This document shows positions 11,526 to 24,396 of a stretch of DNA of 64,000 nucleotides, in pieces. A model generated the notes under the pieces. The model was not told the DNA's origin. It did not search any database and saw nothing but the letters and a program-made list of their open reading frames with translations. The number at the start of each line of letters is the position of its first letter. Within the stretch, counting starts at the first letter, position 1. Source of the DNA: Octopus vulgaris (taxonomy: Eukaryota); the NCBI GenBank assembly GCA_951406725.2, contig OX597816.1, forward strand, positions 37,076,001 to 37,140,000. The letters are read 5' to 3'. Made by a program: the position numbers and the translations under genes.

Positions 11526-12202
11526 ACAGCAGGTTTTTTTTTTCCTATTTTTTTTTGTATGAACATTTTGCATTGTATAATTCAGATATGAATGACATAG
11601 GAAGCAAGCATGTTGCCGGGCCATGCTGAGTTGCGCAGGATTGGAAACGTGAAACATCAACGGGACACTTCTGGTGAATGGATGAATGGGTTTGTTATGC
11701 CTTTACCCAGCCGAACAAACACGCACATGGCCCGGTGGAGCGCAGGATGGTAACATGAAGCATCAACAGGGCGCCGACAAAAATTTTAATGTTCTCATTT
11801 CCTCTGCCAATTGGACAAAAGGGTTTTCATGAAATATTATACGCTACTCATGACGCATAAGAGTTTCAATATTTCATCGTCGGAAAATGGCCTAAAACAA
11901 AGATGAACCCAATGAAGTATACCCAAATCTAATTAATCTGCATTTTTGTGGGCCCAACAATTCGAGGAGCCTAAATAATGTTTGTTGCAAATTTGGAGTA
12001 AATCGACTGGATGCTCTTCAAGTTACGGGCCTTAACGCTGCGAAAATGCTTAAAACATGCGGTTTATTTGCCTCTGGGTCCGCATTAGGTAAGAAGTTGA
12101 AACTTTGTTGGCCCATGACACTCTATGTAACGCAAGTATAAAATTTCATTAAAATTGGTTATGTAGATCTCGTGTTTTAACGACATGACAAACCCACAAA
12201 CA

Positions 12203-12290
<88 letters not shown>

Positions 12291-12496
12291 GTGAGAGAGA
12301 CAGAGAGAAAGTGGAATTAATCACTACCAAATTAAACTTTTGTCAAAATCGTCGTCTCTGTAATCTTGTCTTAATAATTTTGAGTCTGCGATACATAAGA
12401 ATGCCTGGATACTCATAAAGTAAACCTTGTTCATTGTCATATATTCAATAACAAAGTGAGATAATCAGCTGTTGTTATAAAGAAACATGAACATTA

Positions 12497-12785
12497 AATA
12501 TAAATAAAACCACGGAAGTTAAACCTCCGGCCTGAGCAACGACAAGATACCAAATAAGAAAACCAACTATTTTCTCTGTGAGTTTTAGATTGTGATGTAA
12601 AAAAACGTATATCTTTCTGGTTATTTTGATCAGTGATCCAAGCGGCCAAAATATTGGGTGAAGTCGAAATTTAAGGCAAAATTATTGAATGACGAATCTC
12701 ATTAGCACTGGACAAGGTTAATCCAATAGTTTTATATTGTGGTGCTCAACATAAGACTCCCAGAACACGAAAGCTATATTTAATC
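12497..12785. repeat. Diverged direct duplication, copy 2
   Basis: Aligns by eye with 9376-9640, with one ~20-bp insertion near 12667. Confidence 0.9.
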
Positions 12786-13766
12786 TCTCTATAGCTATCC
12801 TCGTATTTTCTCTTAGTCATCTTAAAATTCATTTTCCCCAAACAATCCCGTTTGCTAAGCTTATGTGTGTATGTCCGTCTGTACGTTTGCGTCTGTATAT
12901 GACTGAATGTTTATGTGTGTGTTTGTGAATAAATTTGAACTTGGGAACAAAATAAGAATATGCTGAACATATTTATCCGAGTTTATATGTTCATTAGGAA
13001 AGACCTGATGATACATACTGCCAGTTTCTCATTTCTGAAGAACGAAACGGTAAAACATTGTGTCGTGTTGTAGTTGTTGGTGTTAATATTAACGCGGTTA
13101 ACTACTATAATAATTACCAATTTAATGCAAGGGTGTAAGAAAGAGCAAGACGTTCAGCTTACTTTCACAGAGATAATTAATCTTCTGGGTTTGAAAAATG
13201 AGAAGATGCTCAAAATTTCGGCAAGTTACAATCTATAAAAAATAGCTTCCCTGATTGAAAGCGGTATGTGACATTGTATGTTCCGCAAGCAATTTAGGTG
13301 GGTGTCCCATTATTTGGAATGGCTCAGGTAAATAAAATTTGCAAGTCGATGTCCGATGGTATATGAGAGAGTTTCTACAATTTTCCATGCTATGGGAACA
13401 ATTTTGCTTCCATTAAATCGAAGACAAGTTGGTAATAAGAGGTAGAATTCACTCTATCTTCCTACTTGAATGAATGCATATGTTGATTCTAAGTGAGCTT
13501 TAATGAAAATCGTATATAATTCCGTTGAAAATTCTCGAATATTAATGTAAAACCATCTTTAAACCTCAGGAAAATATAATCCCAAAAGACGGTGTGATGT
13601 AAAAGAGCTAAATTGCAGCAGAAGCTAATTATCAAACACACACACAAACACACGCGCACACACATGCATATACATATATGTACATATATATATATTATAA
13701 TAAATTAATAATAATTAATAATTTATTATATGACGGAACGCACGCATCCATTTCTAAGTAAGATTG

Positions 13767-13806
<40 letters not shown>

Positions 13807-13809
<3 letters not shown>

Positions 13810-13925
13810 CCTGCTCGCTTAGCCAGCGGGGTGGCGTCATTCGAAGACTAAAACAATGCGAACGCATTGTGACCAGTGATGTGTAACAACATCTGATGAT
13901 CTGGTCGGTCACGTGATCACGTGAT
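13807..13925 (+). mobile_element. 3' fragment of a retroposon ending in TCACGTGA repeats, within (TA)n
   Basis: GC-richer block ending GGTCACGTGATCACGTGA between TA tracts. Confidence 0.5.
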
Positions 13926-14099
13926 ATATATATATGTGTGTGTGGAGAGAGTGTAATGAATGTAGTAAAGAAGCGATAGAATATCTACACGACAATTATT
14001 GCCATTTTTTGACAAAACAAACTGTAGCGTGCAATGGTTAAAGAGCTGACAAACGTAGGTCCACATTAACTCACAATAGAATTTACAGAAAGTAAACCA

Positions 14100-15700
14100 T
14101 AATGTTTCCATTCGAAATATTCTCTCCTGATTCTGCCCAAGACTTCGAGGTACTTATATCCATTGATGTTTTCAATCTCCCAAGATCTTCTCTCGTTCAG
14201 TAGATTTATTTAGTTACTTTTTTATAATGATACTTTCTTCATCACAGAGGTCTTACAAGTGGAAATAACACATTACTAAGCTTATCCCTAAACAATGCCA
14301 CAGTACCGAGAGATCCATCAAAATGTTCACCAGTCTTGACAAATAATCATAGGTCATCTATAAATAGCAAGGGGTTAGCTATCTCCGGAACATTTCCAAA
14401 CCTCTGCTCGGATTTTACGTTTCACAGTTCTAAGGTGAGTAGTATAAGAGCAATAACAACTACTAGGATTAATCTCAATGATATATTTCTCAATTTTCCA
14501 GGCTTGATCTAAGCAGATCAGCGATATTAACTACAATTATAGACATTTTAATATTTTCAGAATTCATGAGTTAATAGTCTTGTCATATGATTTATTATCA
14601 TCGCTCCACCTGTTTACAAAACTAGTTCGTCTTTTGCAATTTTTATGATCGACTGACCAATTAACATTTGGCCTGTTGTATCGTCTTGAATTTTTTTAGA
14701 CATTTTCTTTTCGTTAGAGATTGAATTCTTCTCCACTAATGGTGCATAGATCATATCAGCAAGCAATTAACTATTTCTATAGTAGTGATAAATACTTTTC
14801 TGTTTGATTTTCATTAATCCTGCAATTTTTAAACGACATCCTCCGATTATTTTGAAACACCTACTCTTCCAAAACCTTACTAATATATATTATGTATCAC
14901 TTTATCTTAGCTGTCTTTATTGTTACTCTTTGCCTGAGTTCTTCAATTATAGCATTTATTCCTCTTTTCGTTTTTAACATTGTCTTTTTTGTTCTAATGT
15001 CATAAAATCTCCCTCTTTCGTTACTGCAACTCCTTTAACAAGCGGGAGTCGTCTCACTTTCCGTCTAAAAGTCTTAATGCTTTTTTGTATTCTCTCCTTT
15101 TTAATATCAGTGTAAATGTCTACTTTTTATGGGTTTACCTACCTTATAGTCAAGCTATTTTGCTACCACTCTAGCTATTTGCCTTGTATAAGGTGTTTAC
15201 TCCCAAGGAGAGGTGAATATTCTGTACTTTATAAATTGTTGAACTCTTTCTTTATCCTATTCTATTACATACAATGAGATTCGCAGACTTCTCGTTATTT
15301 TCTTAACGTTGATCTAATAAGAGTTCTTTCCCAGATAACTAGATCTCCTAGTCATTCCGACCATCCTGTCTTATTTTCTATTTTATTTCCTCTCTCTCAA
15401 ATCAAAGCTTTTGTCTTCATGATACCTTTATTTATATTGACTTCTATCTTCTGTTGTCTCCTGTTAAATTTTCTGGTTCCAACGAATTTCGCCTAACTCC
15501 ATTATATTTAATAGAGTGTGTCTACTTTGAAACATTCTGTTCTGTCACTAGATATAGCAGTATTTCGTTTGAAATTTCTAATATCGTCGTTTGTACCTTC
15601 TATTTTGTCACTTAAATAGTAACATTTTACAACTATCCTTTGTCAGATCCGTTGTCAGAGTTGTTTTAATTGACTTCGGTCATCTTCCTAGATTATTATC
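14100..15700 (-). mobile_element. Old, heavily decayed R4/Dong-like non-LTR retrotransposon
   Basis: Minus-strand remnants KRGINAIIEELRQRVTIKTAKIK (~14910-14975), LLFIDDL (~14352-14372) and GYKYLEV (~14143-14163), collinear with the 18095-21412 element. Confidence 0.7.
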
Positions 15701-16136
15701 ATATTGTGCCGATGTTTGATAATCCACAATCGCATTATTTCTTCCAATCTTGTTCTGATAAGTGTTATACTTTTACATCTGCCTGCCCAGCAATTTTTTC
15801 TCTAAGATCGTTTCGATTAATGACACTCGCAGGTGTTAGAATCATTCGTTTTTCTATGATATATATATTAGTTGTGACAGCGTTTTTACCATTAAGGCGG
15901 GGATTTGGGTTTCACTTGACACTTCGTAAATATTCATTAGGTATTCACACATAATTATTTTTCAGTGTCTTCTTCACTTTATATTTTGTTTTGGTTTGTT
16001 TTATTTTGATTTTTTTTTTGTTTTTGTGCTGTGCACTAGCAAACCTACTCGATTTTCTCATCAATTTATTTTATCTTGCAGAAATATTATTTCCTTCAAA
16101 CTCAGAATATTTATTCTTTGAGTTAATTATTATTAT

Positions 16137-16340
16137 TATTACCTCCACCTTAGTGAAGGCGGAAGTATTGCTTTTAGTCGTGTTTGTTTGTTTAGTTGTT
16201 TGTCCGTGGACAAGATATCTCAAGAACCGCCTAATGGATTCAAATGAAACTTTCAGGGTCGTTTGGCCTCGTGACTGGAACGAACTGATTAGATTTTGGG
16301 ATCGATCTGGTATTGGACAAAGATTCTGGATTATTTGTTA
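16137..16340 (+). mobile_element. Helentron-associated (HINE/DINE-1-like) element, 5' part
   Basis: TATTACCTCCACCTTAGTGAAGGCGGAAGTA palindrome, (GTTT)n tract, then GATATCTCAAGAACCG..GGATTCAAATGAAACTTTC block typical of HINEs. Confidence 0.6.
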
Positions 16341-16689
16341 TATTAACTTTACATGAAGTATTACAATCTTCCGTTCACTTTCAAGTCTTTCTCTGATTAT
16401 CTCCCTTGAAGCACGCTCAAGGTTTCCACGTAAGTTATGGCGACGTTACCATTTCCGAAGTTTTATTTTCGTTTCTCTATTTTTAATTGTACTCACGTCT
16501 CTATCTTAGTAGAAACAGTTGAATAAAGAAATCAAACTACTTTAACAAACGACAACAAAACCGTTCAGAAATTAAATAACTGGTATATTCAGTACAATAA
16601 TAAATTTAATTTCTCCTAGACAATTTTTAGTTTTACCAATTTTTGATATATCGCGCCTGTTTAAAACCTCTTACCTACTTGACAATTGC

Positions 16690-16900
16690 ATATCTAGCTC
16701 TGCTTTGAAAGAAGCTTTAAGTCTTGGGCTCACGTTTTTGTACGCAACGATATTGTTAAACCTCTGTTAACAGCACCGTATTCAGGTCCTTTCTGTTTTC
16801 TCTCACACACGGATAAATTTTTCTCTAGAGCCCTTAAAGGTCGTAAAAACATTATATCAGTGGATAGACTAAAAAATGCCTTCATAGAGGAAACTGTTCC
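16690..16900 (+). mobile_element. Gypsy integrase C-terminal (GPY/F) fragment
   Basis: HVFVRNDIVKPLLTAPYSGPF..ISVDRLKNAF read from 16731. Confidence 0.8.
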
Positions 16901-16984
16901 CACTGCAGACGATACACACACAGCACTACAAACAAGGCCCGCACACCTAGCTTCAACAACGACAACAACAACAACAACAACATC

Positions 16985-17130
16985 TAAATATACCTTAGGA
17001 ATGAGAAACCAGGTTCGAAATTTCCCCATGACACCTGATGAAAGCTGGAGGGTATATCAGTCCAAACGTTGAGTTAACATCAAACAAAATGAGGACAAAT
17101 ATCCGTCAAATGTAAATAACGTAAATAATC
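16985..17130 (+). mobile_element. PLE-type terminal repeat with a degenerate hammerhead (17031-17074)
   Basis: ACAC-CTGATGA-AAGCTG..CAGTC-CAAA-CG-TT-GAGT; G12 is replaced by C. Confidence 0.55.
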
Positions 17131-17388
17131 TCTTATGCTGCTGTTTGTCTTTCCCACTGCCTGGTCTTTCTTTTCCAGTCTTTTTTGGTGATCTCTTCTA
17201 CCTCCATTTCTATCACAATATTATTTCTCGACATCTGAAAGTTTCAAGTAACTTTCTATTCCATCGTTTGTTGCGCCTTTGTGCTGATGGGGTGGTGCGT
17301 GATGCATTTTGTTTTTTGGCGAGAAGGATATTCTATTGTAGCAGTACGTTTTGTTATGGAGTTTTGTTTGAGTTGTAAAGTTGTTGTT

Positions 17389-17442
<54 letters not shown>

Positions 17443-17833
17443 GCGAGCTGGCAGAATCGTTAGCACGCCGGGCGAAATGCTAAGTGGTATTTCGTCTGCC
17501 GTTACGTTCTGAGTTCAAATTCCGCCGGGGTCGACTTTGCCTTTCATCCTTTCAGGGGCGATAAATTAAGTACCAGTTACGCACTGGGGTCAATGTAATC
17601 GACTTGATCCGTTTGTCTGTACTTGTTTGTCCCTTCTGTGTTTAGCCCCTTATGGATAGTAAGAAATAGGTATTTCGCCCGTCGCTACTTTCGGAGTTCA
17701 AATTCCGCCGAGGTCGACCTTGCCTTTCCTTCTCTCGGGGTCGATAAATTAAGTACCAGTCAAGTACTGGGGTAGATGTATTCGATTGAAATCATTCCCC
17801 CAAATCTGAAGCCTTGTGCTTCCAGTAGACATG

Positions 17834-17874
<41 letters not shown>

Positions 17875-18062
17875 AAAGGCGGCGAGCTGACAGAGTCATC
17901 AGCACCTCAGGCGAAATGCTTAGTGGTGTTTCCACCGAGATCGATTTTGTCTTCCCTCCTTGTGGGGTCGATAAATTAAGTACCAGTTGAGTACTGGGGT
18001 CGACGTACTCGACAATAGCCCTCCCCACAAAAATCCAGTCCTTACGCCGATAGTAGAAAGGA
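17443..18062 (+). mobile_element. Cluster of SINE family B copies in (GTT)n/(ATT)n tracts
   Basis: Units start at ~17443, ~17668 and ~17878, each with the GTCGA..TTGCCTTTC..GGGGTCGATAAATTAAGTACCAG-type block. Confidence 0.85.
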
Positions 18063-18094
18063 TAATTATTATTATTGTTGTTGTTGTTGTTATT

Positions 18095-21000
18095 TTGAAA
18101 GACTCAGATAGTTCTTAATTACCGGTCATTGATTCCCTGAGAGCAAGCAATAACAAATCACCAAATGTTTCAAGTGGTGCCTTCTCCTGTGACTCAAAGA
18201 GACAATACTCTCCTTAGAATGCGAGCTGTACCCAACAGTGTTGTCTGCTAGATCACCTCGAGCCTGAGAGCAGCTCTAATATTCTTTAATATGTTTCTCA
18301 AAGCCCTTGGAAACTGCACTCAATGCTCCAATTACCACCGGTTCACCATTACTTTCTTCATGCCCCATAACTTTCCTATCTCGTCCCACAGTGCCTGCTA
18401 TTTCTCAATCTTTTCTGTTTCCTTACATTTCACCCTCGAATCGCTTGGTATTGCAACATCTAATATCTTTACTTTTTTTTTCATCTTCTTGGATGAGCAC
18501 GATATCTGGTCGTTTCGCGACTTGGTCGCACTGCATGTTAAAATCGCAGAGTATTTTGTAACGTTCGTTTTCCATTACTCCCTCTGACTTATGTTCATAC
18601 CTTGTTCGGCTCTCTCGAGATTTGCTTTACCGCACAACCAGTGGACATATGTGGCCACATTTTCGTGTCTCGTTTTGCATTCGCGTTGTGCGAGCTTACA
18701 GCACTCACTAACAATATAGCTTATACATTCTCCCTTCTCAGATCATACCCTACCCTGTGGTAAGTCAGTGCTTTCATCAATGTGATATTTGGATTAGTTT
18801 ATTCTGAGAGCTTGTTCTTGAGCGCTGTTCACTAATGCCTCAGTGGGCCCTTTTAAGTCTCCTTTCTACAGCCATTGTCAAGTTCTATTCCACTCAATCT
18901 CATCTTTATTCTTTAAAAACTGACTCTGCATTTTCTTGTCCTGCCAAATTTTCTTCGTCTGCTCTCTCTTTTGTTTTGCATCTACGGCTTCCTTCACTTT
19001 AAAGCTTCCCTGCATTTTCACTGCTTCAATCATTTCTCGTCTTGACATACCAAGCAAGGCTTTTCTCCTCTTCCCTTACACACCCTTCACAACACACCAA
19101 TCCCCGTCCTCCTTCTTTCGTCTTTACGTACGATCTTGACACATCACACTTGGGATGTAGTTCGTTGTTCATTGTCATTAAATTACGTGTTCTCCGGTCT
19201 GTCTCTTCTAATTCATGCTTCTTCCGAGATACTATTCCTATCTCATATCTCATCAAAGCAACCGCCCATGTGTTAACTGCTCTAATCTTATAGCGGTTAT
19301 TTAGCCTCGATTGGAGCACAAGCCGAGTTCTCCTCAAATACACTTTCCTGTACACTTCTTTCATCTTGTGTTCATTCATCTTATCTCTTTCAATGATACC
19401 TAGGTACTTATATCTGCACAGTTGCCGTCAAACTCTCAATTTCTTTGTCAGTCTTAGTGAATAGCTTTAGATCATCATTAAGGAACATGTTGCTTACTTT
19501 CACCCTGCGTAGCATGTACCCCACACGCATCTTTCTTAAAACGCTCGTTAGTGGTAGTATGCAGACAACAAATAGGAGAGAGGACAGACTGTCCTCTTGA
19601 AAGATTCCTCTTTTGATATTTACCTCTCCCAGCTTATCTTCCTATGTTGTGTGTTCAGTTCGCCACGTCATCATTGGGATTTGTATTAACTTCAGAGATC
19701 TTAAGCAGGTTCAGGCATTCAATAACCCACGAGTGTAGGACCATGTCATATGCTTTCCTGTAGTCCATCCATGCCATCGCCAAATTTTGTGATTCTTCTT
19801 GCAGTGAGTCAGAATAGTCTTATCGTTTAGTAATTGGTCCTTCGTTCCTCTCCTCTTACGTCTACACGCTTTTTGTTCCACTGGTAGTAGGTTTATCTCA
19901 TCTAGGTACTTATAGATGCTGTTTGATATGATGTCCGTCATCAATTTCCACATCAGTTGCAAATAATATATTGGTCGGAAATTTCCAACCACATTCCCTT
20001 TACTTGGGTCCTTCTGGCTTAGTACCGTTCATCCTTTTGTCATCCAGGCCGGTACTTGGATGTCGCTATTCAGTATTTCGTCTTGCAGTTCTCCTGTCAA
20101 GTTTTTAAGCCAAAAGCCCCGAACCCCATGTGGGCCAAGCGCTTTCCTGCACTGATCTCTAATCATCTCCTCGGTTATTCTCAAATCTTCCTGCTGATAC
20201 CCTCCACTCTCCTCTTTGAGTCTCTTTGACCACTCTGCTTCAGTTTCCAGTTGTTTCTCCTGAGAAACAACTGGACGCAATACTGTACGCAATATTCCTT
20301 CGACCAGAATCTTTTGCTCTCTTCAGCATCAGGCACGGGCCTTTCCCCCTTTTTCTTTCCCATCCAGTTCCTGATAGACTTGTTTTTGATTTTGTTCGAA
20401 AAGTCTGTTTAATTCGTACTGCTCAATTCTCTGTTCATATCTCTTTAGTTTATGTGTCTTAGCTTTCAACCTCTGTTTTAATCCCTTGATCACAACATTG
20501 ATTCCCTTTCTCTTCACCCTATACTTCCTTTGTAGCTCAGCATATTTCTCTCGCTGAACTTCATTTCTTTTTTTCTGTTTCCGAATATTAATGTTTTCTG
20601 GTCTCGTTAATGGACTGCGTTATTCTCCTTTACCACCATGGTTCTTTCAGGTTATGTTGACATTTACTTTGGCTTTCAAACCAAACTTCCGGGCTATAAA
20701 GATCGAGATTACATTTACCAGATTGTTGGTATCTGTGATGTTGCCAGTCCTGATATCATTTATCTTCCTGACCTTATTTATTGAGTTTCTTTCTGTCTAC
20801 TTTTTAAACCCTGTATGAAAGCTCTGTTCACCTGAAGTCCAAATATCAATAATTTTCATTTAAAATGAATATCTGTTCCTCGGTTCTCTCATCGCTTTCC
20901 TGATCGATAATCTCAGCCTCATCTCGTTTTCTTCCTTCAACTCTACTGCCATACTTTCACAATCTGTATTTTCCTCCTCCTACTGTTCACCGTTTGTCTT

Positions 21001-21412
21001 ACTATCTCTAAACACCCGTCTCTTAATGCTTTCTAGTTCAACTGGAGATAACCATTCATTCTTTCTGATGGCTCTAGCTTGGTCACACAGATTTATTCAC
21101 TTAATTAAAATAGGCCTCTGTCGCCCCGTACCTTGTGCATTCTTTTTCTATATCCCCCAGCAAGGTTCTTCATTATTGTTTCTTGGATTACCCAGAAAGT
21201 AGCACAATCACATTAATTTCTTTTGTCCATCTTCTTTTAGCAGTTGCTTGATGACGACTCGGCCCACGCTGCCCAGCCATAGAGCACCAGCCGAGCGAGA
21301 GACCTTCACAGGGTGTTCCAGCCTCATTCACGCCTTTCTCAGTTCTATTTTTATTTAACATTTCAGCACACATGATGAGAGTCAGTGATTTATAAGTTGC
21401 ACAACAGCCAGT
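18095..21412 (-). mobile_element. Near full-length R4/Dong-clade RLE non-LTR retrotransposon, pseudogenised
   Basis: N-terminal RRWTKEINVIV; RT motifs NFRPI, KRGIFQEDSLS, FLNDDLKLF and YKYLG; GGRGL; Cys/His knuckle remnant; RPDIV endonuclease; C-terminal LLGTARILRRVL; (TAA/CAA)n at both ends; many stops and frameshifts. Confidence 0.92.
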
Positions 21413-21439
21413 ATGATTATTATTATTATTATTATTATT

Positions 21440-22100
21440 GAGTGAGCGAGCAGAGCATGCCATCAAAGTGACACTGGGGTAAAATATACGAAGCCCAGTA
21501 TACCCATCATGACTACCCGTCTGATAAGGGTACACCAGGCACATGCATCACAACCATATGTGCGCGACATGGGGATCTCATATCAAGATAAACAGCACAT
21601 GACCTTGCAGGTGGAGCCCAGTTAGAATTTTCTTCAGATCGAGTAACCCATCCCGCTCAAAAGGTCCCCGAATAAGGGTTGTTTAAGGACGTTGAACGAA
21701 ACACCCATGTTTCCAGAGGTGAATTATTCAAACCCCAAAGAATCCTTCTCAACACATGGCTATGATGCTCCCCCACTACTTCTGCTCGTGATCAGAGATG
21801 CACATATCGTCAGCCACTAAGGGACATGCTCAACTGGTTAAGGTCAAACAACTGACAAGCAAATCTGTGGTATTGAGCAGAATATTTGCTGTAGCCCATC
21901 TTTTATACCAAGACAAAACAATGTACATGATAACACTTCCAATCAGTTAAGATCAGAAGCCATGAGAGCCACTGCCTGGTACTGCATCAGGGCATTTATA
22001 CTGCATCAGGGCATTGGTACTGCATCAGGGCATTGGTACTGCATCAGGGCATTGGTACTGCATCAGGGCATTGGTACTGCATCAGGGCATTGGTACTGCA

Positions 22101-22101
<1 letters not shown>
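21440..22101 (-). mobile_element. Non-coding ~560-bp element inside (TAA)n with a terminal 19-bp tandem array
   Basis: (ATT)n on both sides; no ORF with recognisable motifs; 6.5 copies of TGGTACTGCATCAGGGCAT at 21977-22101. Strand inferred. Confidence 0.7.
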
Positions 22102-22175
<74 letters not shown>

Positions 22176-22273
22176 GAGAGATAGATAGATAAATAGATAG
22201 ATAGATATGTGTGTGTGTATTTCTGTGTCTGTGTTTGTTCCACCACCACCACCACTGCTTGATATTTATATAT

Positions 22274-22316
<43 letters not shown>

Positions 22317-23526
22317 TATATGTGTGTGTGTGTCATATGCCACAATTTCCAACATACCTAATAATATGGGTTACTAATATTAAAACGATCTACTAATCAT
22401 TAAAGTTGGCAATACTGTACGCAATATTCCTTCCAAATATAACAAAAAATATCTAACAAGGTGAGTGATTATGGCACGAACCCAATGTGTAGTAATAATC
22501 TTAATAGGAATCGTATCATTATTACTAACTGTAGCTACGATAAACCTGCTAACCATTGTGAGCAATGATGGCGGTGTGAACCTGAATTTCATTTCAAGCA
22601 GTATTATTTATTTATTTTAGAAATGTCGAAAACTTTATAATATGTCTGCGTTTCCTTCGGTTTCTAGGACCGTTCATCTACTTGTACGCTTTTGTTCATT
22701 TTAATAATGATAATTCCTGAGAGCTATTTCACTTAGCTTTAGTCAAGGACTCCGGATCATTAGCTTTTACAATTCTTATCCTTCTACTTAATATTGTTGT
22801 CCACAATATGACTAACTTTTAGTATCTTTCCTCAATAGTTTCACCTCAATATCTTGATTTTGTACATTTCGCCGAAGCATATTTTGTAATATTTGTTATT
22901 GAATTTTATACTTTACATTTCATTTTTTCATCCTGCATTCATACTCTTTTCATTTTCTCATGATTCTGCCAATTTATTTCTTTTCTCTGCACACACACAC
23001 ACACACACATACACACACATACACACACATACACCACGTATGGTATTTAGTCATGTGATATAACTTTTAATAACTAACCGTACTTCCTTTACGTTCAACG
23101 ACCTTTGACAATACATACGTCTGTGAGTATGTCAGAGTGTCTGTGTGTATATGTGTGTATATAAATGCACATATTTATGTTGGCATCTTGCGTTCTTCTG
23201 CGCCAGAATGTTTTCCTTTGAGTATGGACATATTTATGCTTGTATTTATTATATGCAAATGTGCACACAAATCATTCTTTCTAGAATTTATTTTAGTTTG
23301 ATTTATATTATTTCTGTTACTCTTTTATACTAATCTTTTTATTTTGTAGGCTTTTTAAATTCTTTCTCCGAACACTTACACACATATAACCTTATATGAG
23401 TTCACTTTTATTACTTTCACACATAGTAACTTGTTTTATTTAATTCTTTTAATATCTTACTGTAATTTTATTGCGTTCAACGACTTTGAATATTGTGCGT
23501 GTATGGAAGCTTTGAGATTTGTGTAG

Positions 23527-23565
<39 letters not shown>

Positions 23566-23566
<1 letters not shown>

Positions 23567-23720
23567 CTTTACTACCCACAAGGGGCTAAACATAGAGGGG
23601 ACAAACTAGGACGGACAAAGAGATTAAGTCGATTACATCGACTCCAGTGCGTAAGTAGTACTTAATTTATCGACCCCGAAAGGATGAAAAGCAAAGTCGA
23701 CCTCGGCGGAATTTGAACTC
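23566..23720 (-). mobile_element. SINE family B, 5'-truncated
   Basis: Reverse complement of the family B body. Confidence 0.85.
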
Positions 23721-23726
23721 GGATAC

Positions 23727-23768
<42 letters not shown>

Positions 23769-23769
<1 letters not shown>

Positions 23770-23934
23770 GGTGCACGTGTGACTCTGTGGTAAGAAGTTT
23801 ACTTCCCAACCACATGGTTCCCTGTTCACTTCCACTGCGTGGCACTGATGGCAAGTGCCTTCTACTATAACCCCAATGCGGACCAAAACCTTGAGTGGAT
23901 TTCGTGGACAGAAACTGAAAGAAACCCATTGTAA

Positions 23935-23975
<41 letters not shown>

Positions 23976-24100
23976 TGTATGTGTGTGTGTGTGCGTGTGT
24001 GTGTGTGGCCACAGAATAATAGCAGATTGTTAAAAAAATTAATACTGGGGTCAAGCTGTTCGAGTAGATCTTTCACGGCCATGCCACAGCAAAAACGCAA
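23769..24100 (+). mobile_element. SINE family A, diverged
   Basis: CTGTGGTAAGAAGTTTACTTCCCAACCACATGGTTCC head; internal (TG)n. Confidence 0.8.
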
Positions 24101-24396
24101 AAGTGTACTTGAATGGCAAGAAATTTGATCAGAGAATTTGTGTTTAACCTAAAACAATTATAACTTGGAATACACATATTAACCATTTAAAAAACAAGAA
24201 CTCTTAGCCTCATTTAAATGTTGAATACCTGGTGTCAAAATATCCATCGTACTAACTTCGACGTGGTTGCTCACAGAGTCTCATAGTAAAGTTGTATCAG
24301 TGATCGAGCGACAGTTAGTGCGACATAACGTTGTTTAATGAAATTGAGTTTTTGTTTTTGAAGGGTTGATATATGCCCTGCACATTGTAACATATA

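Noticed and set aside
12612-12636. TCTTTCTGGTTATTTTGATCAGTGA as miR-9
   Set aside because: The seed differs from TCTTTGGTT and the hairpin is too imperfect.
9380-12670. Shared minus-strand frame PNILAAWI.DQNNQK..GRRFNFRGFI in both duplicated copies as an exon
   Set aside because: Stops immediately upstream in both copies, no start or good acceptor, and substitutions spread over all codon positions.
13005-13056. CTGATGA/CTGAAGA..GAAA (also at 41417) as hammerheads
   Set aside because: No pairable stem II or stem I.
21977-22101. 19-bp repeats as a CRISPR array
   Set aside because: Head-to-tail units with no spacers; eukaryotic context; no cas genes.
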